Shown: one piece after another, positions 37,301 through 52,300 of the stretch
How the letters are laid out: each line of letters starts with the position of its first letter
Numbering within the stretch: position 1 is the stretch's first letter
Source of the DNA: Tubulanus polymorphus
Taxonomy: Eukaryota; Animalia; Nemertea
Direction of reading: 5' to 3'
NCBI RefSeq assembly: GCF_964204645.1
Contig: NC_134032.1
Coordinates: 5,692,275 to 5,756,274, forward strand
Length of the DNA stretch: 64,000 nucleotides
Translations under genes and position numbers: made by a program
Notes under the pieces: generated by a model
The model's database searches: none
What the model was told of the DNA's origin: nothing
Seen by the model: only the letters and a program-made list of their open reading frames with translations

Positions 37301-40300
37301 AGTGGTGATACCAGAAGATCGTACTTGAGAAGGGTAGCCATTTAGGATATCAATCAAGAAATTTTCATTTCTTTAAAGCACATATAATCAGATTGACATA
37401 TAATCAAACGTTTTCCGTCTATGTTTAACGTATTTTGACTGTATCAATTGATTGGATTCTTAGCAGATCGAGTCAGGGACAGAGTTGCCACTTCCCCGGA
37501 TTTCTCCTGAATTCCGGATTTTAAAAAAATCCAATTTCATTTCCGGATTTTCGGGAGAAGTCAAATAACCACTAAAGAAAACATTGCGAAAAAAATAAAA
37601 TCAATTCGGGATTCGACCCTAAACATCAAAATGTGACGGCTCCATAGAGGGTTCCAAAAAGCTGTATTGTGCTGCCACGTAGTGGCAACAACCCCGCAGT
37701 ACACGATTAAACCAAGATGACGCGACAATCGAAATCGACTGACGCTTCGTTTGTTTTTGGCTCTGGTTTATATATGAGGTGTATTTGACGGAACCAATCG
37801 CTATTAGAAAAAATGATCTATAGGCGGTAATGAAAGTGAGGCCTATAACGCGTATTGCGCCAGAACGCATCTCCTAGCGTTCTAATTTCAAAAATTTTCT
37901 GGGGGAGGGCCCCCACACCCCCCGACTTTTTTTTCCGGATTTTTAGCTTCACATAAGTGGCAACTCTGCAAGGAAAATGACTTACACGAGAAAGTAAATT
38001 TTTAAAAAGTTGCCACCCTGCCAAGGATGTGGGATCATTCTCATATCATAAAAAAACAATGAATAAAACAATGAGTATTTGTGTATGAATTGCCCAAACT
38101 TTATGCCCTAACCAGTCATCTGAAATCCCTATTTCAACCCTACATAGATGAAAATTTTATCCCTTCTTTCCTATTGCTCAAATCTAAGGCACAACTTGAC
38201 AGCTTGCAATAATATGTGTGTATTATCTGTGCTTTCGTTGTAGTTTGTTTGTATCAATGATGAATATTTGTGTATTATCTGTGCTTTCGTTGTAGGCTGT
38301 CGCCTCATAAACGCTTATGATTTTGCATTTCCCACCCGCTTTGCAAATTCAATATTTTGAATTGAATTTTTAAGTTTGTGTCTACGTGAAGTTCGAATAA
38401 GATTACTGTAGGAGTTGTAAGATTGATGTGGGAAGTCAATGAAGAAAAAACCTTGAAAACGTCTGAAAAATTCGAGGCAAATGCCCTGTTTAGCAGTTTG
38501 CCATTTTCATTACTGTGCCCCTGTCCTGTACAGTTTTGATAGAACAGGGTGGAGTAGTCGATTAAACGATCCTAGGCATGCAAAGCTGCTATCTTTATTT
38601 AGAAGAGAATGGTCAGACAACTGGGTCAACCAAACAGTGTAACAACAGACCTGACTATGACTAGTATTTGAGAGTAGTTTCTATGCTTTTGAAGAGCTCA
38701 ATTACCACCAAAAATATTAATTACTATCAAAATCAGAATAACTTCTTAAGTTTGTCGAAAAAATCGCTATCTTTGATGTCAAATTACTCTCATTTTTGCA
38801 GACCTGAGTACAATAACAGTGTGATCACATAGGTATTTGTGACCAGAAGTATTTCTAGTTCATTTTCAAATAAACAACTTTCTAACGTCAAATTGTGGTA
38901 GAAACTACTACATTTAGAAGTATGAGGTAGTCTGGTTTGTATCAATGATGAACTTCGCATAGACATAGTTTGAAAATAATTGTACTGTGCTTTAGTTTAG
39001 AATAATGCTTGACTCTATCTGTTGTATGTATATTCGTGTGTATAGGGAAACCCGCTGCTTCTCCTGCTCCTGTGAGCCGTGTCTCGAGTTTCACCAGTGA
39101 CGATGGAGTTTACGTCGAACAAGTCATGAGTTCGCAAATGGCTGGCAGTAGCATGAACGCTAAAATATCCAATATGGCCGCCATGTTACAACAACAGCAA
39201 CAACAACTGCAGCAGCAGGTGGTTAATAGTAAGTGTCAATCTGTCTGCCATTCCTAACATAATGTGCTCTAGTTCCGCCCACTCTTGCTCTATGCGCATT
39301 AGTTCCACCCCTCTATTATTAAAGCGCATAGCCTAAGCTCCACCCACTCTGAATCTCTCTGCCATCTACTCAATAGCTCCACCCTTTCAAACTTTAGCTT
39401 TATTAGCTCCACCCCTTCTAAGCCAATCCTGCCATCCATTTATTAGCTCCATTTTTTTAGCCTAAAGACCATCAGCTCCACCCCTATCAATCAATCAATC
39501 TCTTAACCATTGATTTATAGCTTTAAACATTCTAAGCTTCTGCGCATTAGCTCTACACACTCTCAGTAGTCAATCTCTCTGCCATGCACTTATTAGCTCC
39601 ACCTCTTTACGGGCATAAGCTCCACCCCCAATTAGTTGATTCGATGATATCGTAGGGGGATTTATGTGGCTATAGTTTATGAAGAGTTCTGCTATCGCTA
39701 CCAGTTTATATAAGGACTGGTATACACTACATATTGTGACCGGTATGATGATATATACTTCGTGAAATATTGCCCAACTTTCTCAATGTTTGTGTCATTG
39801 ATAAGACATTTGTATTGATATGATTATTTTTATCTCGCTGGTATGAAAGAGGGGGTCGTTCCGTGTGGTGTGTGCGTGTGCATTATCTGTTCTAGTCTTG
39901 TTATATGACACCATGTGGTCTGTTAATAGATACATTCAAAACACTCGTTCTCCTGTGGCTGCATGAAATATCATGCCCTTCTCGGTTTGCAGGTATTTAT
40001 TTCAAAATCTGTTTTGCATTGTTTGCTTTTTGGGAGTTTTCGGAAATGTTGCATTTGGCTATTTAGCTGCAGTCGCGGTTTATTTTGAATGGGCTTATTT
40101 TGACTCTGGACCCAATTCTACATCCGATATGGCTGCCACAGCAGACATATTTTTCTTCGGACTTTCATTTCTTGTGAGCGTTCTGCACACATCAAATAAT
40201 GTGCAATTTCTTTTTAAACTTGGTATTTGTAATGGGTAGGTCCACGAATTATACGTTTCCACAGCTTTCTCACCCATCTGATATGGCCATCTAATATGGA

Positions 40301-43300
40301 ATTTCTTGTTAGATCTCGCACTCCACCAATGAAAACTTAATGATATTGTTGTGACATAAGTAGCGTTACGCCACTTTCTAGTTCCACGCTGGACTTGGTT
40401 CCACAGCTGTGTTAATGATAAGTTTCTTAACTCAGGTCTATAGTTGTGTGGGTTTAATTTGACTCTGGATCCAGTTTCACAGTTGTATGTGCTTAATTTA
40501 ACACCGGGCTGAGTTCACAATTCTTGTATAGGTTTAATTTGATGCTGGACAACATACTTGTGTGAGCTTAATTTTCCATGAAATTAATTTCACAGTATCA
40601 AGTGTTAATTGAGGTTTCCAGGGAATCTCATTAATGTGGCTTTTAAAATGAAACTGTTTATTGAGGAATTAACTGGTTAATGGATTATGCATCTGGTTCT
40701 CGGTGGTTCATATTGCAACTGTAAATTTCGCTATTATGCCAATAATTGTTGACTTGTAGGAAATATAAAAGTTAATCATTCAGAAAAAATGGATTTGTAT
40801 AATTTGCGTTGATCTGGAGTAAAATGTGGATGAGTAAAATGTGTTAGAAAATTTATGACTGATTTTAGTGCGGCATACAGCCAGCTATTTTCTCAAATTT
40901 TGCGTGGGAAAAGCTAGGAAGCACCATTCGTTAAAACCAGTTCTTGCATTTCTTAGGATTGTAGTCCCAGTGGGCTATTGCGTTCACTTTTCGTCGGTCG
41001 TCCGTTCATTCATTCGTCCGCACTATTTACACACTTTTCAAATTTTCAAGGGAAATTTTCAAGATGCTTTGAGCAATAACCTTGATCTTTTGTATATACT
41101 TATAACCCCAAAGGGTTCATCAGCATGAGAAAAATTTGGGCGATTGGATTCAAAATGGCCATCCCGTGTCGATTTTGGCCCAAATTCTGAGCCAAATTCT
41201 GTAGCTTCCTACTGGTTTGCCATTTTTCATTTAAATTTGTGATGGGTATTCTATGGAAAGGGATTTTTAATACATTAGAAGGTATTTCTGATCAGCCAAT
41301 TATCACGCAATTAGCGGCCATATTAGTGTCATCAGTACTCATTCGTAGGTGGACAATATCAAGAGGTTTTAACTTATAGTCTTGATATCTGATTGTTATA
41401 AGCCCTGTCATTAGATACATCTCACATCACTCGGAATTGGAATCACTTAACTCTTTGTTCTTGCCACCATCTAAGCAAATTTTGGTTACCACAACCAATT
41501 GCAACTTTGTAGCTCATAACATGTTATATAATTGTGGTGAGTTTTCAAGGTCATTAGTTTTTGCACATGGCCACCAGGGGGCATTAAATAATACAATAAC
41601 TTAATATTTTTCTTATTATATTGGTGCCTATGTATATTTTGTTACCAAAATCAATTGTAAAGTTGTAGCTCATGACATGTTCTATGAATATGGTGAGTTT
41701 CAAGTTTATTGAATATTCTATATGGTCACCAGGGGTCATTCAATAGTAGAATAACTTAGTATTTTCTTATTGTATAAATACCTAGGCTTGTTTTGTTATC
41801 ACAATCAATTACAAAATTGTAGCTCATGACATGCTCTATGATTTTGATGAGTTTCAAGGTCATTGACCTTTTTATACGGTCACCAGGGGGCGTTGAATAT
41901 TGATGTTGTTAGATTGTAAGCATTTGAAACCCCTTCCCAAGTGGGCATGGTGTCCCTGGACCCCTTGTTTGAAATATATAGAAAGATTCATCAAAGTTAT
42001 TTCTGATATAATGGATTTGTTTCGATTTTCTTTAAGTCTGGAGTAAAGTTCTTCTATGAAAAGTCCATTTTCCGTTAGTGAAAATTGAAATTGAAAAAAT
42101 TGTGATAAACTTACCGAGAATTTCAAAATGATATTTCCTAGTTTAGAAATATTTGGAAATTTGATAGATTTTCCTTCCATTCGGAAAAATAGCTCTTGCT
42201 TGCCAGAGGGCAACGTTTTGCGATCTATCTTGAAAATTAACCAGTCACGGATTAACCTTCAAAAGTTTTGAGCGTATACGTCATTATATTATTTTCAGCT
42301 TGTGTTTTGTATATAAGACTATGTAATTACACCCATCACCCTTGCACTATTATTTCGATGCTGCTCTTCATTCAAATCAAAAGGAAGCAGCTCCGTGGCA
42401 AGGTGGAATGTTTTTACTAGTGAAAATTTTGAATTTTGTTCAATAAACCGTTTTGTTCAGTAAACCTCACAGATGCTAGCCGTCATTTTGTTAGGGTACT
42501 TTTTGCCCTGTATTATTGGATCTTTTATTCTCTCTTTTGAAACTATTTGTGATGCATGTTTTATCATATTTTGTTAGTCTATAGTTGAAATTTGACAGTT
42601 TTAGCAACATTTAAACTATGAATCTCTAGTTTTCAGTTGTGTAAAATTCATTTCTCAAATTTGCAACAATGCGAAATGAGAGCAATGTGAAAATCTGTGG
42701 CCAGCTTTTGCAATATGCCTAAAAATTCAGGCTACTCAAATTTGAAGTTTGTGAAATAATTTTCCAAAAAATTCAAATATTTCAGGTACTGTGCCCTCCC
42801 AAGTGATGGTATCAGTTAATTTCCATTTGAGAAAATTGAAAAATTACCCATAGATATTTTGGAAAAATTTTTGGAAATTTTGAATCATGTTACTTACTAT
42901 CTTAATATCAGAAACAATGATATACATTGTTTGTATAGAGTCTAAAAAAGAAAATCAATAGATATTTCAGGTAATAATCAAACCTCGTTTTAGGGGTGCA
43001 AGACTTCAAATTCAAGGGATTCATTTGGATCATAGAACAGTTAAAACATGTTTTTGCGTGATATCCGTTTCATTACTTAGATATAAGACTTAAGCTGGCT
43101 TTTGTTGACAATCGAGGTAACGCCTACCAACTCCTACCGATGCAACTGAGGTACGAGATCTGATCAGTTGCTCCCCTGTTTATGTCATTTATGCTTACTT
43201 GCAACTGCTGGTCATGTGATAAGCTTTTTGAGAATAGATTCAAGTTATTTTGATTTAATGGGCAATATATTTCCAGTTGATAAACTATAATATCTTTATC

Positions 43301-46300
43301 TTTTTGAATCTTTTCACGCCTATGGGGTTTATAAAAGAAATTAGAAAACTTATTTTGGATATTCAAGCCTTATTGCCGTATTACAAGAATCGTGAAATTG
43401 AAAAATTGCCCATGAAATACTTAAGGGGTTTTGAATTCATCATCTAACTTTGGGAACGTTTCTTAAATGATTTTTCAGAGCAGCAGCAGCCAATGATGGG
43501 TCTATCGGCCGGTATGGCGATGCGGGTTGGGTCGAACGTGCAGAACCCGTTACAGGCGTTGCAAACGATGGAAGCACAGGCTGGTGGTCGTTTGTCGCAG
43601 GCGACACGCGAGCAAATCCGTCAGATTTACCAGAAGGGAATGCCAATGCCTCAATCGATCAACAACCGCATGAAACTACGTCAGCTGTTGTCGCGTGAAA
43701 ACAAAGAGCTTGAAAAAACCGCGGATGCCTCACAATCGCCTGTGTGCTTGCCATCACCGGGGCCGACCAAATCGCCCCAACAATTGCCAACGACGACAAC
43801 GATGACGACACCCGATGACGCGGACGACATTAGTCACGTATCGACGCGCTCCGAGGGAAACGAGATTTTGAAGCAGTTGTTAAGTCAGGACGATGACTCG
43901 GAAGAGCGGTCGAAGTCGCGCCGTGCGAGCGTAGACGAGTCAGCGACCACCAGTCGACGCTCGTCCGATTCAACCAATGATAAAAACGAAGCTGAGCCGA
44001 AGAAAAACGAGAATCTGCTGTTAAAGGTCGGTTTTCAATTTGTTTCCAAATTCTGATGTCCCATATTTGAAATTTTTGAATTGTCACATTTTAAATACTT
44101 CATGCGTTCGCTGCTGGCTACGCAAGTATACTCGTACTTCCGGTTCTCTCATCCTGAGCTACTACGAATATATTTGTAGCTTCTTCCTATTCATGGTAAG
44201 TGGTCCCGTGTGCGGGAGTGCAAACTTGCATTCCGGCACATGGGAATGGCACAGTTCCTGATTGGCTGGCGATGTGAACAAACTCTGCTTTTCTCAATGC
44301 TCGGGGGTCAATTTCAAGTAAAGAGCTCCAGTGTCAACCTTAGAGTATATTCATGGTGGCATTTGGGGGCAGTACTATTGAATTCCCACATTAGAAAATT
44401 TGAATACGTCAATGAAAATTGCCATTGAATTGAAAATTTTGCGTTTAATTTTATACATAGCCATTGGGTATTCATGATATTGATTGCAGTATTTGAAATT
44501 TTCAAATCACCAAATTTGAAATTCATAAATTCCCACTTTTTAACTTTTTGAATTCAGGCAAATACTGCATGTAAGGGTTTTTAGAATATTTGAAAAACCA
44601 CCGAAAATTGCCATTGAATGATAAATTTTGCCACATTTAAAATTATGTAAAATTCGTATGAATTTCCTCATTTCAAACTTTTCAATTGCCACATTTTGTG
44701 CATATATCGATGCATTTATAATTTATAGCAATTGTTGAATGATGATAGTAAACCGGAGCAGACCGTTGCCGCAACAATGACCACAGCGAAAGAGAGCAAG
44801 AAGAAAAAATGCAAAAATGAATTGTTACAAAAACTTCTGTTAGATGATGAGGATGATCAAAGAGCAAATAGTGTTGTACGTATCTCATCGTGAAATCATA
44901 ATTCACAGGAAATCAGAAACAACTAGATAATTTCAAAATTATATTTGCTGGTTTGGATTTAGTTGGGTTTCTAAATTCAGGGGCAAGTTTTTTCAGCAAT
45001 CTTTCTTAAAAATTGTCTAACTAATCAATTAGTCACCACAAAAAAGGATGATGGTATGTGCTCATTTTTACAATGGTCTCAATTCAATTCGGGAAATTTT
45101 GGGTAATAGGGGAATTTCGGATCGATGGGGGAAAATATTGAACATGGGCCGCTCTGGACTCGAGTCATAATGTTCATGGAGACGTTTAAGGGTGGCTCCA
45201 GGTTGACTCAAAGAGGAATGCTAGGTTCACAATCACGACTTTTTGAAGAGAAATCGGGAAGTTGTCTCAACTTCTCGATTTCTCAACTTCTGACCTGGTT
45301 AGAAAAATAAACAAAAGTTGTGTCAAAATGTGTTCACACACACACAACATAATACACAACACTCCAGCTGGGCGTAGATGCAACAATGCATTTACCCAGA
45401 GAAGGATGAACAAGAAATCATAATTAACGCAGAAAACAAAAACATAATTGTGAGATAAAACGATTTTGGTTATCCAGCATCCAAAGATATCATGCCCGGT
45501 GTTAGGGGATCCTGGAACCGCCTGACTCCAGAAATTTTAAAAGAGAATTCATGAGTCTCATATATTCACTTTCTGAGAGACATGAGATTGATGAAATTTT
45601 ATAAAAGGGTTATTCTTTTATTGTAGAAATATTGCTTTCTCTTACCAGAAAGGAAGACTATTAAAATGTGCGCGAATATACTGCATGTTGATTGGTTAGA
45701 TTTCTCTCGACTCCTCAACTGAGTTGAGAGAAATAGAACATGTTCTATTTCTCTCAACTAGTCGAGACTAGAGTTGTGTCGAGGAAAATCGGGCAATTTT
45801 TTTATTCACACACATGACTCACTTCAAAATAGTTGTTCTCGACTGTGAGTTGCGCATTTCCCCGATGGAAAATCGTGTGTGTGAACCTAGCATTAGGGTT
45901 AGAGAATTTGCATTCATATGACAGGGAGCAATATTAGAATCAAAATGATGGTGTTAATTTAGAAAAGGGTGGCTCCAAGTACACTTGGATTTGTTGGTGT
46001 CGAATATCTGCCATGACACATTTTTCGATGTTTTTTACTTTTTCTTGCAGGAAAGCACAACAGCAATGTCAGACGAATCGGGTTCGAAAATGAATCACTC
46101 GAAAATCATTGATTCCTCGATACCGACACCTCATTCTTCGACTAAGAATCGTACAGTGTCGGTGACCAGCGTTGATAGCCTCGGTCTGAATAACTGGTCT
46201 CAGCAGGTGCCAATGTCGTCTGGTAATATACAACAGCAGCAGCAGCAGACAGGTTTAATGGGCGAACTCGATAAACTGTTGAATAATAGTAACAATGCTA

Positions 46301-49300
46301 GTCAGTTAACAAATGATAAAGTGTTGCAATTACTTGGCAACAGTAGTCCCGAAAGTTTCCTAGCAACGTTGTATGAACGCGAGAATAACCAGAACGCTAC
46401 TGCGATGGGAATGTCGTCTGTTGGCGGGGGCACCACCGGCGGTTTATACGGTGCGCCGGCCGCATTAGTGTCAACGAGTAGTAACGTGAATTTGCTAAAT
46501 TCGGGCGGCGGACTTGTGAATATCGGATCGATGTCCAACCAAATGCCGTCGGGATTTATTTCCGGAATACAGAGCGGGGCGAGTAAAACGCTCAAACGTA
46601 AAGCGTCCACGCAGAGTGTCGATAGCACAGGTGGTGCCACCGGTTCTGACATGGACGCACACCAGCAACAACAGCATCAGAGTCAACTGGTGCAGAATAA
46701 CCAACTGTTGACACAGCTACTTTCGAAAAAAGTTGCGCGCGAAAACCAAGCGTCGCAACAATCGATAACGGTTCAACCGACTGGGATACCGCAGGATAAA
46801 CTAACAATGAAACTGGAGCGTACACCGAGTGAAACGATGCTTGAAAATCTGATTGCTGAAAGTAAGAGTATGTTAAACGAATCAGTTGGACATGGACTGT
46901 GGGACAGTTCGGCACCGCCGCAAAGTCCGTACATGGTTAAGGATGATAAAACGGCGAAGGTTCGAGGTAAATCGTCATCAGTGCGCGGCGTAGCGGTTAG
47001 TTCTTCGCCAGCAACCTCGACCAGTTCAGCAGCGATCACCTACGAGAACTTACAGCAGCTGCTAGCATCGGCACCCACCAATTCTAGTCAGACGGACGAC
47101 GACAGCGGTGGCGCGGGCGGCTCGTCGTCCAGTAACAACGACCCTTTACTTGCGCAGATCATACAAACGGCTACTGAGCTGCAAAACGATTTGCACCAAC
47201 GCTCGACGTTGAATAATGCAGCGGATCTTGAACGCGGCGCGATGTCGTTTATACAGCAGCAGCAGCAGCAGACAGCGGTCGCTGCATCGGTGGCCACATC
47301 GGTGGCGCAGCAGGTGCAGCAGCAGATGGTTTCGATGTCCAAGCAGCAGCTGCTACGTCCTATGCCACCTGCGACGGTGGCGACATCGAAAGCGAACTCG
47401 ATGACGGACGACGCAACATTACTATCACAGTTGGACCAGGTTTTGAACTCATCAAATATCTCGCTTTCGGAGATCGATAATTTGCTCGGGATTGCGCAGA
47501 GCAACGCGCAGTATAACACCCAAGACATGCCTGAACAGATGGCTATAGATGTCATACAACAACAATTGATGCAGGACGACCCGTCGTTGGGTGGCAACGC
47601 GTCTTTGAAAACAACAATTGACCAATCAGCCATGGCTGCGAAAAATAAACTAAATCCGAATACGAATATCAGTAAAATGAATGTATTGAATAGTATGACT
47701 TTTAATCTCCAAGGAAGTGGTAATAACAATGGTAACAATGCAGCCATATTGAATAGTACGAGTTTAGATTCCTTGCTGGCGATGGATAGTTCAGGTGGGC
47801 CTCAGTCGTTAGAGAGTATGCTGACAGGCGGTAGCACCGGTTTTTCCCAGCAGCAGCAGCAGCAGCAGCAAACAAACGTGCAGATGATCAAACAACCAAA
47901 TAATCCGAGTTTTAATTTAGCAGTTCGATTCCCGAATCAGAATCAACAAGGTATATGTCGGATTCCCGATCATCTTTAAATGTCTGGTATATCGCTCAAA
48001 TATCAAAACCCAAATGCTCCCTTCTTGCCTCCAGTCATTACCTTTCAGGGCTGACCAATTGATACCCTAAAAAGTTGGAGATATTTTCAAAATTGCATCC
48101 CAGTGCATTGCATAATCAGGGATGAGAATTTCCCGCTATTTGGCGGTTTCCCGCTTTTTTGTGATAAGAAATTTAAAAAAACGAGCTTTCCAAATTGTCC
48201 AGATCCGTTGAGAAATTGATGGGGGAGGGGTTGAAAGGTTTGCTGTGTCTGGCATTATGTTTCGTTATGGCAGATATTTTACTTACTATACATCGTCACG
48301 CGTCATCCTTTAAGTATTATATCCTGACAATGTGTTGGATTCGATCAAACCTCACTTCAAACCCTACAGATCACTAAAAATGTCAAAAAATTACCAAAAA
48401 TCACAAATTTACCAATGATGCTCGAAGCAGCTAATGGAAGTAAAAACTGGAGCCTGGTGTCATCGCTCTGTTGTTGAGTTCATGACTCTAAGGTGAATTT
48501 ATAGCAGGCTAAACTGATAAATATGAAATAATATGAAATAAAATTGATTATTAGAAGAACTACAATCCTAGATCCATAATGAAAATATGAAAGTACCAGG
48601 ACTCGAACCGACAATCAAAATTTGGCCGTCAAGTGCTGCCACCATGTGATACCTGGCAACCAGTCTTAACATCGTCCTGTGTTGCAAAATGTTTTTTGAT
48701 AATATTAGGACATTTATAGTGATTTTTAGCCTTTGCAGTGAGGTTTTATCGTATCCAATGTAGCGGTAGGATATCATATTTCAAGGATTAATCCTGACGA
48801 TACATAGTTAGTAAAAAAAACGCTCATTAAAAACTTGAAGCGAGAGATTTTTATTGCAAATGAGCTAAAACATGGCGGATTTAGGTTCCTATTTCCAGTT
48901 CTGACAAGCACCATCAAACGAGTAATTCCAGAGATAATAATAGAGATTATTACAAATTACTAATTACATAGATACACCAGGATGCTGTGTATTAGCTAAG
49001 TACTTCACCGATTCGTACACTGCACTGCAGTGTAGATGCATTGAGAGGTTATACCGACCCTTCCCTTCTCAGCCAACCCCTTATCACCATTTTCATCGCA
49101 TTGTTCTCATCGATTATTAGGTCTGAATAATCTGCAACAGCAGGCAGCAGTCGCCCAACAACAAGCAGCCGCAGCAGCTGCAGTGGTACAGCAGCAGCAG
49201 CAGAATCGCCTGGGTAATTTTAGTGGAATGTCTCAGGCAAACGTGCGACATTCGCTGTTGTTACAGCATCGACAAAGACAAATGAGGGACATTCAGAAGC

Positions 49301-52300
49301 GTAAACGTCTGCAACAAGAACATCAACGTCTGCTGTTACAACAACAACAACAACAGATAAATCAGTTCGGACAACAACCGGGATTCCCTCGGGTGAGTCT
49401 TGACTATCCCTTCTACCCCCTCCTTGTCTCTAGACATCCGCGATTCTCTTGGGTGAGTCTTAACACTCCCCTTCACCCCTTTGCACCTCATCCCTCTTCC
49501 CTCTAGACAGCCCAGACACTGAACAAAAACCCACAGTATAAATCTAAACACTTGTATAGAATAAATCATTTTTCAAATAAACTCTGAAGATCGGTGGAAT
49601 GTTCCACCTGAAACAAAAAGGAATAAAACAATAGCATTTAAGATTTATAATGTGGATTTTGGCTCAATGATATTCAAGACTGGAAAAAGGTCTCAATTAT
49701 TTACAGCTCAGACAGCTTAGGGTGAGTCGAAAATCTCCCTTTACCGGCTCTACTCCCTCCGTGAGTTTAACACTCCACTTTACTCCTTCCCTTTTAAGCC
49801 CCTCTACTCCCTCCTCCCTGCGGGTGAGTGTTAGACTCCCTTCTACCCCTCCTCCCTTCGGTTGAGTCTCAAAGCTCCTCTTTTGCTCCTCTATTCATTC
49901 CTCACCTTGGGTGATTCTTAACACTTACCTCGTCTCTCGTCAATATAGCCTAGATTACCTAGAGGGAAAAGGGACTGATAGCTCCCCTTTCCTATATTCT
50001 GGTTTGAAGGCCATACCTTTTACCTTTGCCACAAGCGGAATTTCCCAACCCCTATTCCTGAAACTGGCCCAGATTTATCGGCTGAAAACCTCGTCCAATT
50101 TAAAACTTCTCAACATTCGCCATTATTTTTGAGACGAGTTGAATTATGTTGTATAATGAAATAGCGGGTGTTTTTTAGGGATTTGTCGAGAATTTTGGTG
50201 AATTGATGAACGCTGGGGTCGTCCCAAATGTTTCATTACAGGTACAGATCACAATCATATCACAATCATATCTACTATATACTACTACTATTCAAGCTTG
50301 CTTTATACCTCGTATATCTATATATTTATATCTACGGAACTCAGTTCTACGGTTTTGTCAGTTCTTGTTTCATACTCACAATGAAAACTTAAACGTCATT
50401 GGCACATTATTAGTAAAATTAGATTCATAATTCGAGAATAACTAGAGTCTAATGGATTGAATTACCTGGTAGATAAAATGGTTGAATCTGTTTATGAAAG
50501 AAGAAAACAGAAAGCATTATGGGATTCGATATGCTTCTAAGTTTGTAACAATATCCTGCAAATCTGCACATCATGACATCAACAGCAACACTGTTTTATC
50601 GTGAAGACTTAGCCTAGGCCTATATGCTTGCTAAAGCAGGTTTTGATTGGATGTATTCCGGTTTATAAATAGCGATTTTGGATAAAAAAAACTCTCTAGC
50701 CGCTTCTATCAGGTTTTCAGATTAAGCTATTCATGAATAGGTAGAGCGTATATTCTGTTTGAAAGGAATGAACCAGAAGAGAATTTCGGAATTACTACAG
50801 ACCAATCAAAACCAGCCTTGAAACTGCATTATTGGATAGCAAGATAGGCTGGGAAGAACCTGCAGTGAAGCAGTGAATATTGAGGATTGTTATGTACTGC
50901 TGTATTCATCTGAGCCTATTGAACACAACGGTAACAGAATGAACTAGATAGAATGTCTGAACGAATGTCTGTATGCAAACATTCTCTGCACAGTCTCTGC
51001 AAAACCAATCCTCAAGCTGTCTTCATTACGTTAAATCGTGTAGGTGCGTTACAAAAATACTATCGGTGAAATTATGATAGCAAATGCTGCAGTAGGTTTA
51101 TAGGATTGTATTAAAATGTAAAATAGAAATTCCAGAAATAAGTGTGCAAATGACCGCGTTTAACTCTTTCAGTGCTGACTTATTAATACCCAAAAGTGCT
51201 GAAGATAATTTGTAAATTTTCAAAGCGTCCACCCCAGTGTGTTGAATAACGACCATACCGTTGTATCGTTTGTTACTGTGTTTGGCAAGTGCTGCCATCA
51301 TTCAGTAGAGATAAAAACTAATTAATAATAACACCAATACACCATGATGCGGTGTACTAGCAGTCTATCACCGGTTTATACCCTGCATTGTGGTGTAGAT
51401 GAACTGTAAAGGTTAAAGCCTGACACACACAACGCAGGGAAACAGAAACAAGTTATCAAAGATTTTGATCTTGGAAACATGATTTCAGGAAACCATGTTT
51501 CTCGTAAAGGCACACAAACCCAGAGAATGCTTAAAAACATGTTCCTGTCTTCAGTTTCTGTGTTTCTCTGTTGTGTGTGCGTTGGGCTTAACTTAATACC
51601 TGAACTCACGTGACTAACCGTAGAACTGATTCTTCGCTTGATTTTCATATCAGTATTTTTGCTAATTTATTTTGCTGTGTGGCTGATTTGCTGTTGGTTT
51701 GGTTAATTTAACTATCATCTTTCTTGCCTTCTTGATTTATATGAAGGTCCCTATTTTTTTCTGGAATCATCAATAGACTTATCAATACAACCAGAAGTTG
51801 TGCGTTTCGCGATTTTGTAGTCCTGATTATTGGAGTCATTTTCAAAGTTTTGCTGTATGTCAGTAGTACTGAGTTCCTTTCTATAGAGTCAATATGCCAA
51901 CTTCATAGGACATTTTCTCTAATGGAAAATATAGGCTTGATTGTATTGAAATTCATTCTAAGGAACTTCATTTTGTCAATAAATCTATTTCCTCATAGAG
52001 GTCTAACAGCCATGTGCTTTTTTCAACTTGACAAGGCCTTTAACGGTGGTCAAATACAATAGGAGTGATAAATCCCCTTATTATCTTTTTTTGCATCTTC
52101 ACCCGTCAAGAGATTCGAACTCACTAAGCTAAAGCTGTTCCCCAAAACCCTGGACCTCGCAACTCATTACCAGCTGACCAGAATCCAATCAGGCCAATCA
52201 CAGCATTTGTAACAAACTGAATTAGGGTTCTGTTGAATTTCCCATTAAAATGGACCAATCAGCCAACATATTATTGAATGTGGAAGTACTCTCGCAAGTA

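Noticed and set aside
46302-47747. Minus-strand ORFs (up to 219 aa) opposite the large exon, and similar ones opposite other exons
   Set aside because: These are antisense shadows of a low-complexity coding exon (poly-Cys/Leu from CAG repeats), with no independent evidence.
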